The notes: a model not told the origin generated them from the letters alone. A stretch of 64,000 nucleotides of DNA from Octopus vulgaris (GCA_951406725.2 OX597828.1:10292001-10356000); one strand, 5' to 3'. Numbered from the stretch's first letter, positions 25,272 to 40,770 are shown. Numbers and translations: made by a program.

Positions 25272-26226
25272 CATATATATATGTATATTTATATATATAT
25301 GCATATATATACATTTGTATTTGTGTATGGATGTATATGTATGGACTCAATTCGAGTATTTAGAATTTTGTTCAGTTAAACAACATCACTAAAAATGCAT
25401 TTCAAATTGTTTCGTTGCCGGAACTATAAATTTGAACTTACATAAAGTAAAAATCGAGTACAATAAGTCTTTAAAAAATGGGTAAAAATTTACGAATATT
25501 AACTACACTTTAACTTAACTGTTAAAAAATACAATATAGTTACACCACAAGTAATACTTGCCGAGAGCACGAGAAACGAAATAGCATGCCAGAAAGATTC
25601 ATGAAACAATAACTGTTATATATAGTTATTGAAATATATGCTCAGAGTGCTCTGGGACATATAAAATTCTTAAGTTTAAGTGCGTACCATAAGCTTTAAA
25701 AAATGTGCAAAAGTAAATGTTCTTGACCATATATGGAATAAGAATTTCATTTCAGCTAAGCGAGGCATTGTATCACGGATGTATATTTGTAGTGACTTCT
25801 TATATGCCCTAAAATCCCTTCTTAACATTGTGGGAACAGCATTTTCATTTTACTGCTGACGATGCAATATTAAAACAGGAGTAATTGAGTAAATGAGTGT
25901 TTGACCAATATGAGCATTCCCAGTTAAAATATAACGTTAAAAGAGAAATAGTTCTTTTGACCACTCGGAATATGATGATGGATTAATGCCAGAAAGCTGG
26001 GGCAAAATATGGTTTCCATTAAATATCCGAGTAAAATTCAGTTTTATTTTAATTTCGAGGCGGACAGTGAAAAGCATAACATTAATTCATATTCAAGTAA
26101 GTATAAAATTAAAAGAATAGTGATATAGGGTGGAAATATTACGCATATAAAATGCTTCAAATTGATTCCTGCGAATGAAATTTGAAGCATTTCTGGATAT
26201 ATGTACGTATATATGCACACAGAACA

Positions 26227-26510
26227 TGCGCGGTTTAGTGGTTAGGGGTATTCGGCTCACGATCGCGCAGTCGGGTGTTCTGTTCCTGGCGGCGTGTTTT
26301 GTCCTTGTTCAAAAACCTTATATCCCATCCCTTCACTCCACTCGGCTGGTAAAATGAATTGTATCTGTAATTCAAATGATCAGCATTCTCACATTCTGTG
26401 TCACGCTGAATTTCCATGGCAAATACTTTAAGTGTACTGGCGTCTGTGGAGCAGACTGTTCTGTTGATCGGAACGAACGAAAGTTCCATCGTTGTAACCG
26501 ACGTGGAGCC
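26227..26510 (+). mobile_element. SINE with head C, CORE-like body and tail A
   Basis: GGTTTAGTGGTTAGG..GGCTCACGATCG head; TGTCCTTG..CTCCACTCGGCTGGTAAAATG body; TCTGTGTCACGCTGAAT...TTGATCGG...CGTTGTAACCGACG tail shared with 37193. Confidence 0.75.
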
Positions 26511-27509
26511 AGCCAAATATGCATAGAATATCCGCCCAAAACAGACACGCACGCACACACACACACACACGCACACTCACTTGTATGTACGCACTCATGC
26601 AGGCTCACATTCTCAAACATTGACAAGGGCACGGATATGCAGACAAGAGTGATGTGTGTGAGTGTGGGTTTATTTGTTGTGTCTATGACAAAGGAGAATT
26701 TTCTTATAGATGAATGCATTTGTTAGGGTACACACTGGCAAAAATCCAGAAGCATGTGCGTACACAAGCACTCATATAACCGCACATAAATGTATATACA
26801 GCTGTGTGTTCATACAATACCGACAAACATGTATATGGGTATTACCGAGCGTATGTATGTGTGCCTTGCCTTAGATCTTCAACATACTTACATATATACA
26901 TGCGAGCATACATACATACATACACGTTAAATGTCTTGCAGTGATGCCTAATATAGGGAAAAATTAATAATGTACTGGTATGTTGAATGACTTGTCATAC
27001 GATTCCTACTATAGACTAGAAATTCAGTAAGATGTGTGTTCTGAAGAACAGATGTGTTATGAAACTGCTCGGTTTTGTGATGAAGTGTTTGACTATATGT
27101 CTGTATGTGTGCGTGTTTTAGATTTCCATTATATGTCGTGTTGGGTAACGATGAAGCGTTGATAGAGACGTTATAGTGCACATGAAAGCGTTTATAAGCA
27201 TGGTATCTATTAAAGAGTAAATCTGAATTATGAGTTTAATGGTTAAGATATGCGGTCATATATCTCAGAAAGCAAGTACTTGGGAAATTGATAATGCTTC
27301 ACTAACATTCGCCATGTTGTCTTCACTGTATACAATATTGCTCTCGCGTACACTTTTCCCTGCGCTGCTGACAAATTTCCATTGTCCGAAATGTGGAGCT
27401 TATCCATTATAGTATATTCATATACTATAGTTCATTTCCATTACAACGCTGACACAGACGAATCAGTTTTCTATTGGATTAATAACCATATTTGGTCTCA
27501 ACTTGAAGT

Positions 27510-27660
27510 AGCTTGGCCTAGTTGTTAAACTGGGGCTCACAACTGAGTTCTATCTCATAAAAGTGTAGTGGTAAATGTGTAGCAGTTAATAAAAGTTTAG
27601 CGGGCAAGGCACTTCATTTTACATTGGCTTTATTCATTAAGTAATTGATACCTAGGTGAC
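27510..27660 (+). mobile_element. Highly degenerate CORE-like SINE
   Basis: TGGCCTAGTTGTTA head and GGGCAAGGCACTTCATTTTACATTG block. Confidence 0.35.
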
Positions 27661-30600
27661 GGCGAAAAATACTCCAATTGTTAGATATCAATATTGCGTG
27701 ATAGCTATGAAACACTTCATGGTGAATTACTCTTAATATATCAAAAATTAAATAGCCTAGTCTCCTGTGGGTCTGATAAGGTACAACTTCCAAGTAATAA
27801 TTGTAATATTTATGAGATCTTCGGTGATTATTAGAGCTACTCAGCTAAAAATATCATCAGAATCTTCCGCTTTCAAATTCTACCCTAGATATATTCGGCA
27901 ATGAAGCCCTTCATACGTAAAAGCAATGTAGGTTAGTCATTAAAAGTTGACTTGGAAATAATGCACAACAATAATTTGTAGATCTCTTTCACAAATTTCC
28001 TTTAATATGGTTTGAATTTATTTAAGGATCCTCAAGTAGCAATTATTTGCTATCTACTGCTATACATATAACTTAGAAAATCAAGAATAAAAGTTGTTTT
28101 CGAATACATAGTGATATATTTTTTGAAATATATTGTAAAAGAGAACACCTGGTTTGTTCAATTCTGTTTGTATCATTTCATTTGCAACAAGAAAACAAAC
28201 AGAAACAAATTACAAGTTTCCTGCGTCTCCAAAAGATGAGCATTTATAAAACTTTCAACAATATATATTGAAACCATTTCATTAACAACTAAATAGTTTT
28301 AAAATTTTGCTATTCTTATTTTCTCATAAGATACTTCAAGGAGTAAAAGAATATTTGCTTTCTCACATCTTTTTTTACCTGTAAGTTTTGTAGATAATTC
28401 AATACTGATTAGCTTAAATAATAAGTTATAAGACCATTCGAAATAATGTATAATCAAAATTGATTTAATTCTGTTGAGATAAATTTTCACTTTATGGCAA
28501 AATGTGCAGAGTATGAAAATCATGATGTTTGTGTGTTAAATTATTTATTGCTAATGTTTTTCATTGTTTGAGAATGTATCACCTCATTTACTAATGTAAA
28601 CCTTCCCTTCTTTGTAAATATATTCTAGTAACAGAAGGTGCTATAATGTGGCCAGTGAATATGTATTAAACGTTTCGTATGCATTGTAAATATGGGTTTC
28701 TGTTTGTCAATCTAGTGTTTTAATACGTGTGTACGCTTCTCTGTATTAGCAAACACGTAAGCACAGTTTGAATGAATAATAAAGAGGTTCTCACAAACAC
28801 GCGATCACGCATTGAATCCCAATGCCTGCTATCGTGGGCAAATGCATGGTATCTTGAAGAAATGCATTTCATCTTGGGCAAATCCGTGGCATTTTGAACC
28901 TCAAGACCACTCATATCTTGTGAGTGTCATTGAATATAAGGAAAAGAATATGGGGCTTATCAGTCGGTTTGTGCCTTTAAATTTTAAATGATAAAACTTT
29001 GTCATTCTTGCTGTCACACGGATTCTGAAGAGATCCCTGTTAAAGGTTACATAAGTGTTTGGACTTCTAAGTCACTTACACGTTAATACACAAACCGGTT
29101 ATTCATTTGACTGAATCTATGAGACCCAAAGTCTAAGGTCCATTATTATTATTATTGATGTATATATAGCCTACTAAACTTACAATATAAGTAACAAGGG
29201 AATAGTAATATTTTAAGGCATTTAAAAGAGATAATTTTGCTCCTTAAACCCCACTTATATGTAGGCGATGACAATCTGTTGTGTACTTTGAGTTAACAAA
29301 ACAGTAAACTGAGAGAAATTATTGTCTTGTCCGTTGTAGAGTCTTTGTCAAACTTTATTAGAACTGACTGTGGCATTCATCCAGAGGTGGATGGATTGAT
29401 CAATGAAAGACTTACATGCCACACTCATCTGTCGGTTCAAAAGAAGTCTCTTTGCCTGCAGAAATAAAATTAATATTTATCAGTATTCGTAACGGGGGTG
29501 GAAACCATATTCCTTCGCTCTTAATGTAATGAATATGTAAAGTATATGAAAAATGCGCGAATTGGTGAAGAGGCGCATTGGAATAGGTAAATAGTTGAGA
29601 TTATCGACAGTAAACGATCTTGAGCGAAGCGCTGTTTAAAACATTCAAAGGAAACTCAATGAATATTCTGCCACTTTTGCCTAGATACAATTCCTGCTTC
29701 GAAAAGTAATCGATGACATGGGTGTTCAACCTATAATTTATCGCCTTCTTTCTCCTAGCTATATATTGTCTCCGAAATAAATTTAATTGGTACCCTCCAA
29801 AGGCAAACGAACAATTGTGTTCTTCATGACGGTGATGGAGATGCTCATATACAGCTAACGGCTTAATGTTGTGATATATTCGTTAAACCGATCATTATCT
29901 CATTTCAAATTGCATGCTAAGATTCTACTTCAAACATTAGACAAATGCGATCGGCTAGAGGTGGTAGCATAAAGTTATACGTGCCGACTCAATGTTACGC
30001 CTCTAACAAAATAAAACGTCTCATTCACGTTCACCGTATAACTAACTCATCTGTTCATCTCACATTCTAGTCCGTTCTACTTTGTGTAAAATGTTAGAAT
30101 TACCTCTTGATCAAGCAAAGAAGTTTGGAAGAATTAGTTAAAGTCACTATAAGAAAAATAATTTTATCGATGCTGACAAAGATGAGCGTAATGATCCTAA
30201 TAGCAATTGAATATAGACTGATCATAATGGAAAGGATTTTGATAATTAATCTGAGGGTGATAATTATGATTTTGTTCAGAATTCATTACAGCAGTATTAT
30301 CATAAAATAATTACAAATATGTAAGACATTCATAGATATTGATGTCACTATTGGAATTTGCGTCCAAATAAACAACGTGTTTCAATTAGACCGATTGGAA
30401 AGCATTTTCCTCTCATCTATTGTACAATTAATAATCCCTACTGCTTACAGTTCATTAACTGAAACTTTCCCTAGGCATTTTTACTGTGATTTTCAGAATC
30501 TGTAAGCAGGGTACTTAGCACTAATTATGTCTGGTAATGTACAGATAATGTGTAGGGCATAGTAGTGAAATATTTCATTTAATAAGTGAGAAACAAAGGA

Positions 30601-32356
30601 GACATGAGTATGATATTACAAGGTAGAAATACTAAATTGTGGTAGTAGCCATAACAATCATAAACAAAAATGAGGGTAAAGGAACGGTGATAACTGATGT
30701 AAACGAATAAACGAACATTAAAATCTGGAACAATATGTAGATGATACATCTCTCTGAATCTAAAATTGAAGATGTCAAATTTTGGCCGGTAGAGAATATC
30801 GACTTTAGCAGCAATGCATTGTAAAAGACATTGAACAATACATAATTGCAATGAAATGTATTTTAATTTACATTCCTATCATGCTATCGTCTTGGCATTA
30901 TTTCCCGTTATACTTTAGAGATTTGCTAAAACATCGCAGTACCTATTGATAACTAGAATTCTCAAGATGGTCAAATTATTAGATACAACCGAGAGCATTA
31001 TGTTTAAAGCAGAAACCAAAAATAAATTTTGTATTCATATTAAAACTTTTTGTTATTTTTAAAATATTTCCTTTACTGCTGACTTGCATTCTAATTAAGG
31101 ATTGGAATGAATTTGGAAACAAATATGATGTGTAAAATGAAAAAACAAAAACTACGAGAGAAAAAGTTCTCTGTCAGCGTTAACTTAATTTCTTTAGATG
31201 TTCGAGCATTTCATATTGATAAACAAAACATTAATAGTTCGAAAATGTTAATACATATAATTTAATATCAAAGCTTTGACACAATTATATGATATATGTA
31301 TAATGAAATCCATCGTGTATGGGAATTCATTAAATATTAATTATAATATATTGCTTAATTACTTAAACTGATTACATGTAAAGGTTTATGATAATCCCCT
31401 ACGTTATTGTAAATATTTTATACGCCACCATGCATGGAAACCAAATCGATTCTCAATTAAAATTCTTGAATATGAGAGAAGAAAAGAATAGAAGGCTAGG
31501 TGGTGTCTTACGGTATTCAGGAAATGCTGTTTCGTATGTTGTCACATCCAGAGAACTAGTTCGTAATGTAACTCCCAAGAAATTTAGAATTCTGCAAAAG
31601 ATTCCATTTATGAAACAACGGTAAAGCTGTCAAGAAAGTGGAGCCAAATATTCATCCAACCTCAACCCAACTAGGTACTCTTTTCTTGGGAAAGAAAACA
31701 GATCTTCTAAAACTACATTATCTTATGTCTGAAATTAACATAGATATTAGCAGCTAAAATGTATGCATACGCTCAATCTGGGTTAACTTGGGACTAAACA
31801 ATAATAACATGAGCTCCATAACATCGTGGAGGCATCTACCAGCAGGGGAGCTCTGTAGTGGCGCATTAGCCTTGACTAGAGATACATAGTGTGGATATGA
31901 GTAGAGTAAAATATATAAAAGAAATAGAAAAAATTTCATTAGTTATCAAAGAAACGGAAACCATGTATAAATCTTGAGCAATGATTTTTCCTACTTGGGA
32001 TATAGATTTTAGATGCACTATACAAGAAGATAGCTTTTAAAAGCACGAAACAGTTTGAATAGTATATAGAAAAAAAGGGCGTCATTGATACATGATTCAA
32101 CAGGAAAAAAAATGGGTTTATCACTGATCAATCCTGTTCAATGATTTGATTGATCAACGCTTAGAGAGCCAAAAGCAAAACAAAAGACATCTACTACTAC
32201 TACTACTACTACTACTGATGCTGCTGCTGCTGCTGCTAGAAGAAGATCAATAGATAGAATGGTAATAACTACAGAAATCATGAGGAAGGTTTCAAAAGCG
32301 GTTCACTGCAATCTATTTGAAATTTGTACATGCCATGAAAAATTTATAAAATAATA

Positions 32357-32525
32357 GGCGCAAGAGTTGCTATGCGGCAAGACGATCGCTTCCAAAACAC
32401 ATGGTTCTGAGTTCATTCCCATGAAGTGATAGATCAGGCAAATATTTTCTACTCTAGCCTTGTACCGATCAAAGCTTTGTGACAGTGGATTTGGTACACA
32501 GGAACTGAAAGATGACCATCATGTG
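32357..32525 (+). mobile_element. SINE family B, 5' half
   Basis: GGCGCAAGAGTTGCT...CACATGGTTCTGAGTTCATTCCC...GTGGATTTGGTACACAGGAACTGAAAGA. Confidence 0.75.
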
Positions 32526-33228
32526 TGTGTATTCATATATATATATATATATATATATAGTTGTAGTAGTAATAGAAAAGGAGGAACTTCGATTATCCCC
32601 ACGTGGTGAGTTGTAATATATATAAGTATTTAAAAAACGAAAATATACACACTTTACATAGTTATAAAGATAAAGATAGTTATAAAGAAAAAGGAAACTG
32701 CCAGCAGAGCAGCGTTGCGATTTAATTGACATACAACCTCCTCAGAATTGCTGGCCTTGTGCCAAAATTTGGAACTAATATTAAATAACGTTAGCAAAAT
32801 TTACATAACACATATTGATCTAGCAAATTTGCTAATACAATGAATAACATTTTGGTACCACAACGTGATAAATTATTCCAAGCAATCCATCTATTTATCA
32901 AAGGGAAATATTTTGATAAACATTTGAAACAAATTTAACTTGCCAATTAATCTAAACTTGCCCTAGGATGCTAATGTAGTCAACTTATCCTCTTAAAAGC
33001 AAATTTACCGCCAAAGAATGCATAGATTCACATACATACATACTTAAATATAGATCTTATACGAATAGTTTTTCAAAAAATTAAGATATTAGAAGAAAGA
33101 TTTACTTCAATTTAAAATTTTTTTCAAAAATTTTTTTCAGAAAGTGGAAGATGAGATTTGTGTAAACGGTTTGCAATGATTTAATTGATGCACACGCACA
33201 CACACACACACACACAGACACACACACA

Positions 33229-33273
<45 letters not shown>

Positions 33274-33289
33274 GTATACTCATTACAGA

Positions 33290-33480
33290 TATAGGGTGAA
33301 AGATAATTAATTTAATAAAAACAAATTTCACCTAGTAGAATTTCGGTATGGAAAAGGACCATATTCGGTAAAAACTTATATAATTATAACAATAAGGGTT
33401 TTGCAACAAGTTGCTTGACCACATACCGAAAATTTTAGAAATAGCAGCCAAAGGACTACTATTTTCTTTTTCTACAAAAA
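33290..33480. mobile_element. Family E element
   Basis: Colinear with ~7045-7230; perfect TTTCGGTATG/CATACCGAAA stem. Confidence 0.8.
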
Positions 33481-33552
33481 TATTTTTCCACTAACAACAA
33501 TATTTGTAATTCATATTGTTATAAATATATATATATATATAGATAGATAACG

Positions 33553-34402
<850 letters not shown>

Positions 34403-34417
34403 ATATTTATATAAATA

Positions 34418-34475
<58 letters not shown>

Positions 34476-34837
34476 AGCAGAATTCAGAAACTTTCGGTAT
34501 TATCTATTACTATTAATCACTACACATGTTTCATTTGAAAATATTTGTTACAAAATTGTACTTGTAGGTGTAACGATAAATTTAAATGCGATTTAATATC
34601 AAAATAACAAATTTAATTTTAATAGGGGAACAGTAATATTATTAAGTTATACATTTTGAATTATATGTACAATTCTAGAAGGGACTGAAGACAAGTGAAT
34701 TACGATGAAAGCTGTTGGTAACTGATGTTAATTATAGGGGCGGCGGATCGATTATTTGCGATGGCAATAAAAACAGCGGCCTTCGGCGTGGAGCAACTGC
34801 ATACATAAGCAATTGTACATCCCAAGACGATAGAGGG

Positions 34838-34880
<43 letters not shown>

Positions 34881-35074
34881 AGAGATAATGGTGTCATTGA
34901 GACCTAAAGGTGTTAGGTGATGCAGAATAAGTGTTATAGACAGACCATAGTTAAGTTCCAGATTCGGTAATGTTGCGAATAAGGGGTTCAAAGTTAGCGT
35001 GTGTATATAAGATTTTTTTGCGTAATAAGAGAAAATAAACAAGGCTGTATAAATATTAGAGCATTTATAGTTAG

Positions 35075-35126
35075 GTCTTACAGCTGTTTCTAGGATGTTT
35101 ATTAATTATATCCCTTCATCGGAAAC
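35075..35126 (-). ncRNA. Minimal hammerhead ribozyme, core variant CCGATGA
   Basis: Minus strand GTTT-CCGATGA-AGGGAT...ATCCTA-GAAAC-AGCT-GTA-AGAC. Palindromic AGCT loop III; GTA cleavage triplet. Confidence 0.7.
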
Positions 35127-35649
35127 GGTATGAAAGGATGGTTAAGTCGTAGTTAGTTGAGATGTGATACAAATAAAATGTGAGCTGGAGGAAAGAAAAT
35201 AGATGCAAGATATGTATGGATATTGAAGTTGTAAATTTAATTTTTAGGCATAGTGGTATATATGCAATATTTCAATATCCTATGAGTAAATTCCAAAAGT
35301 CGAACAGAGTTTAAACTGGATGTTATTGCCTGTTAAGATGACAGTACAGTATGAAGCTGCTCCAACTTCGAAGATCACACTGTGTTATCCAGTAGTATTA
35401 TTATACATACTTCCAGATTTGCGTTTTGGTTCCTGTAGTATATGGTTGGAGTCAACCATAAGGAGGTCGGTTGAACATTTATTTAATACACACAGTGACT
35501 GCTACACACTCCAGACCACAACAGTCAGATAGGATGCTCTTCAAGCAGACAATTTGAATTCGCGGGGATAGAATTTATATGTCGCCTGAGGAAACACATT
35601 ATGTATATATATGTATGTATATATATATATATAAGTATATATATATAAG

Positions 35650-35681
<32 letters not shown>

Positions 35682-35710
35682 TGCGTGTGTGTGTGTGTGT
35701 GTGTGTGCAC

Positions 35711-35759
<49 letters not shown>

Positions 35760-36010
35760 TAGAAGTTAAGATATATATACCTCAGAAGGATAGAAATATC
35801 CAAGATTAGATTGGGTGAATACCTAATAATATAGGAACACGCATATATATTATTATTATAATAGTTATTATATTATTATAAAAGAAAAAGAGAGATGAAG
35901 ATAGGGTTAATAGAACTATATTAATACATTCACAAGACCTACAGTTGTTTCAATTCATCGCTTATGTATTAATAAAATTGTATTAATTGTGTTTCTTTCT
36001 TCTCTCTTGG

Positions 36011-36094
<84 letters not shown>

Positions 36095-36154
36095 GGAAAA
36101 ATTTCAAATGGAGACAAACGCTCAATATGTTATTAAATCAATTATGTCTTCATA

Positions 36155-36240
36155 TCATCGACATATGTTTTGATGGATGCATTCAAAGTACATCCGATAG
36201 GTTGAAAAATGATCAGCAATGCATCAATCTCATCAGGTAG
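36155..36240 (-). ncRNA. Degenerate hammerhead ribozyme
   Basis: Minus strand CTGATGA-GATTGATGCATT...AATGCATCCATC-AAAAC-ATAT-GTC. G12>A; stem I poorly paired. Confidence 0.5.
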
Positions 36241-36959
36241 CAGTGCTCATCAAATAAACAGATGTGGCGTATATAAATATGTATATGCTCACACGCACGA
36301 ACAAACATATATAGGCACATATGTAAAGATACATATACACACACACACACTCATACGCACATTTACTTATATACATATACACACACTGATACATGTACAT
36401 ACATACACATCTATATATATGCACATACATACATACACATACACACATAAAAATACTCACAACACTCATATATACATACGCATACGTTTATAGATGTGTA
36501 CGACCACGTACTTACGCACATAAACACTCGTACACATACGCATACATGCATAAGATCATTCACATACCGGAAGCATAGAAACATATAAATAAATACTTAC
36601 GTACACAAACACACACTTACATAAACATAGATACATATTTGTACACATACATACTATATAAATATATACAAGAATAAATACAGATAAACACGCATATACA
36701 TATATGGAAAGCTAAGCAGTGAAGGCTAAAATTTGAAAATAGCATTAAGGAAATATATATTATTGGGTGAGAGAAGAACAGATGTAGATAAATAGGGAGG
36801 GGAAAGGGGAAAATATAGTTAAAACAGAGAGGAGAGAGGAACGGGAAAATTGGATAGATAAAAGATGGGAAGAAAAGATGTAGGTAGGAATAAAGGTTAT
36901 GGGAAGTAAGAATGAAGAATAAAGAAAATATAATTTGCAGAAATTATTATTAGGTACGG

Positions 36960-37760
36960 GAAAGATACTGCTTTAAAGAGGCGAAAGAGTGTCTTTTCTG
37001 ATGTGAACACCTGTAAACTCGCACCGTAAATGTGTTCATCGGTTTATGTTTGGAAAAGGGGATAGAAAATTGTTCTTTCGCTCAGAGAGGACAAAAAGAT
37101 TTCCATTTGTCATAAGGGAATGATCTAGATGAATTTTTCCAATCTAAAGAAAAACGTTAGACTCTTTCAGGTGCCCGATTACTATACAAAGTGTGGAGGC
37201 GCAATGGCCCAGTGGTTAGGGTAGCGGACTCGCGGTCATAGGATCGCGGTTTCGATTCCCAGACCGGGCGTTGTGAGTGTTTACTGAGCGAAAACACCTA
37301 AAGCTCCACGAGGCTCCGGCAGGGATGGTGGTGATCCCTGCTGTACTCTTTCTCTCACTCTTACTTCCTGTTTCTGTTGTATCTGTATTTCAAAAGGCCG
37401 GCCTTGTCACTCTCTGTGTCACGCTGAATATCCCCGAGAACTACGTTAAGGGTACACGTGTCTGTGGAGTGCTCAGCCACTTACACGTTAATTTCACGAG
37501 CAGGCTGTTCCGTTGATCGGATCAACCGGGACCCTCGTCGTCGTAACCGACGGAGTGCTTCCACCACTATACAAAGTCCTGTGGAATTACTCTTACGGTT
37601 GTATCTGAAGGTAGTCTGTCTGGATTTCCAATCCAATATAGAAAAATTCCTATATATATTTCTCCTAAATACGTCTCGCTTCTCCACGGAATCAAATCCC
37701 ACGAAAGTGTGAGCGTTGTTTCCTTGGACATTTAAGCAACATTTTGTTACCTTGTAAAAA
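36960..37760 (-). mobile_element. Penelope-like endonuclease relic interrupted by a SINE
   Basis: QTTFRYNRKSNSTGLC|IVIGHLKESN..WKNSSRSFPYDKWKSFCPL..MNTFTVRVYRCSHQKRH; the reading continues across the SINE once it and one TSD are removed. Confidence 0.65.
37193..37565 (+). mobile_element. Full-length SINE (head A plus tail A) with 12-bp target-site duplication
   Basis: A box TGGCCCAGTGG, B box GTTTCGATTCC. TSD ACTATACAAAGT at 37181-37192 and 37566-37577. Confidence 0.95.
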
Positions 37761-37922
37761 TTTCCCTCTCCTCTGTCTCTATTTTAACTTTTTCTCCTTC
37801 CCCCACTCCCTATTTATCTATATTTTTATATATGAATATACTTAGAATAAATAAATAGCCATAATATAATGTCTATCAGTTGATGAATATTATTTCTGTA
37901 TCCCCTTCATTTTCTTCTTGTC

Positions 37923-38032
<110 letters not shown>

Positions 38033-38039
38033 TATATAC

Positions 38040-38060
38040 AACTAAAAGAAGCCCGTCGTA

Positions 38061-38108
<48 letters not shown>

Positions 38109-38322
38109 TGTGTGTGTGTGTTTGTGTGTCTGTGTTTGTCCCCTAGCATTGCTTGACAACAGATGCTGGTGTGTTTATGTCCCCCGTTCAGCAAAAGAGA
38201 CTGATAGAATAAGTACTGGGCTTACAAAAGAATAAGTCTCGGGGTCGAGTTGCTCGATTAAAAGCGGTGCTCCAGCATTGCTGCAGTCAAATGACTGAAA
38301 CAAGTAAAAGAGTAAAAGAGAG
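38040..38322 (+). mobile_element. SINE family B, 3' part
   Basis: AAGAAGCCCGTCGTATAT...GCTTGACAAC.GATGCTGGTGTG...GCAGTCAAATGACTGAAACAAGTAAAAGAG. Confidence 0.88.
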
Positions 38323-38433
38323 AGTAAGTGTATATATATATACGTGTGTGTTTGTGCGTGTGTGTGTGTATTTGTGCATACACATGCATGTACTTATACT
38401 CACATACATTTTCATTAAAATATACACACAAAC

Positions 38434-38491
<58 letters not shown>

Positions 38492-38497
38492 TGATAG

Positions 38498-38528
<31 letters not shown>

Positions 38529-39030
38529 GATTAGTATATTTGTGCAGGCACGCTGATAAATACATAGGCACAGACATATATTTTGTACATATCATTTAGC
38601 TTAAATCGGTTTCACGCAATAATGTGTCAATATATTTTCACAATACCCTGCAACCGAAAAAGCTACTTAAAATATGACAGCTTTAATTCTCATAAATATT
38701 AATTAAATTCAGTTTTATTTTACATGATATAAAATGATAACTCATACCATTATATCCTTCAACTCTAACTATTATCAGTTTCCATTTATTTCACTTATCT
38801 CAAGTGAAAATTTTAAGAGAAATAAAAATAAGATGTTACTCTATTGCAACTCTAGATCATTCATTTATTTATTTATCGATAATTGATACATAATGAATAC
38901 TTATAAATCAACAACGTGTAACCAGTTATACACACGTCACGCAAGTTCTGTAAACAATCGCCAACTTAGAAATACGTATACACATAATTGAAAAGACATA
39001 TCTATATATGTATATAGATAGATAGATGTA

Positions 39031-39126
<96 letters not shown>

Positions 39127-39129
<3 letters not shown>

Positions 39130-39268
39130 TACGGAAAATTCAGGGTAAATATTTGATAACTGTAAGCACTTGTATATGCCAGTTATTGGTGTAGGTGATA
39201 GGGTATATTTATTAAAAGAAAAACAGGATGCAAAGGATTTAGCGGTACATATGTTGTACCGCTAAATC

Positions 39269-39272
<4 letters not shown>
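39127..39272. mobile_element. Short (TA)n-embedded element ending in a perfect 18-bp hairpin
   Basis: AAAGGATTTAGCGGTACA-TATGT-TGTACCGCTAAATCCTTT (39232-39272); (TA)n on both sides. Confidence 0.7.
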
Positions 39273-39320
<48 letters not shown>

Positions 39321-39522
39321 GTATCATGTATGTATGATATATTTATATCACACATACATAATATGTATGGTATAATTATATATATGCAAATATATATGAA
39401 GTGGCAGAGGCAGAGTTATTCAAATGCTCTGATTTGGGTTCAAATCCTGGTGCAGACGTGGAAACTAATTGTTTCCCTACAAGGTTAACTGTCAAAGACG
39501 GTTTTTATATATATCACACTTC

Positions 39523-39935
39523 AGGAGTGGTTGTATGGTATGAAACGTGCTCCTCAAACAGATGGTCCCAGGTTCAATCGCAATACCTTGGTCAATTGAC
39601 TTCTACTATTGCCCTGTACCAACCAAATCTTTGAGTGAATTTCTCAGACAGAACCTGAAAAGCGCCCGTCGTGTATGTGTGTGTGTGTGTGTGTGCATGT
39701 GAGAGTATCTATGTGTGTATGTATCTATGTCTATGTTTTCCCCACTCCCCGCTTGGCAATTGCTGTTGATGTGTTTACGCTTCCGCCATCTAGCGGCTCG
39801 GCAAACGATCCCGATAGAATAAGTTTCAGGCTTTAAAAATTGAGTTCTGAGGTCGATTTGTACGAATAAAATGCATGAAGGCGATGTCCAAGCATGGCCG
39901 CAATCAACATTGATTGTAACAATAAAAGATAAAAG
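39523..39935 (+). mobile_element. SINE family B, diverged full length
   Basis: CAGGAGTGGTTGTATGGTA head through GATAGAATAAGT and CAAGCATGGCCGCAATC tail. Confidence 0.8.
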
Positions 39936-40710
39936 AAAATAAATATGGGAAATTACAATAAACACAATCTTATATCATATTTTCCTACATCCGTTTCTCC
40001 ATTGTGGCTGCTTGAAACTACAATGAGTCATCTGGAAATTCATTACCCAGTTATGTTTCAGGGAACTACTGTCTAAATTTGGACTCATAGTGTGACATTT
40101 TATGAGTATTTTGAAAGGAAACTACAAAGAAAGCTATGAGCACTGAGAGAGATAGGCGAATAAAGACTCGATAGAAAATAGTAGCGCAGAAGAAAAGAAA
40201 GACAAAAGATAGATTGTAATTGAAGAAATAACAAAAGAAATGAATGAACTGAACAAGCTTCAGTCAAATGCAGTTTTTAATATTCAAACAAAATGAATAA
40301 CAAAATGAAAAAATGCACCTTAGAAGTAAAAAAGGAGAAGCGTGAATAGAAAAAAAGCTTGGTAAAAAATAGGACATGATTTATGGTTTAAAATAGGACA
40401 CGATTTAGAAAGATATTACCAGAAGGGAAGTGAGTGGAAATGGGCAGTTTTTTAGGGCATTGACCAAATCGATACTGATATAGAAAAATATATGTGTTTT
40501 ACTGGGCCACGACCTTAAAAGATACCATAGGCACGAAGAGGTCTAGATGAATATTTGAAAAGGACTGAAATTAAACACATATTTGCACATATTCTCACGA
40601 TATGTTGGGGGGAGGGCGCACATACACTCGCAAACTCACACTTACGCGCGCACACCCCTATAAGTATCTATATATCTTTCAATCTATCTATCTATAGATA
40701 GATACATAAG

Positions 40711-40769
<59 letters not shown>

Positions 40770-40770
40770 G

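Noticed and set aside
30579-30851. Hydrophobic minus-strand ORFs
   Set aside because: Expected from T-rich sequence; no homology recognised.
37195-37270. tRNA gene
   Set aside because: A/B boxes are present but there is no proper cloverleaf; it continues into a SINE body and has a TSD. The same lack of a cloverleaf applies to 17728, 26227 and 47098.
40040-40600. Ancient RTE-like LINE linker region (also 59950-60400 and 62930-63800 on the minus strand)
   Set aside because: Purine-skewed and suggestive, but no diagnostic motif could be read with confidence.
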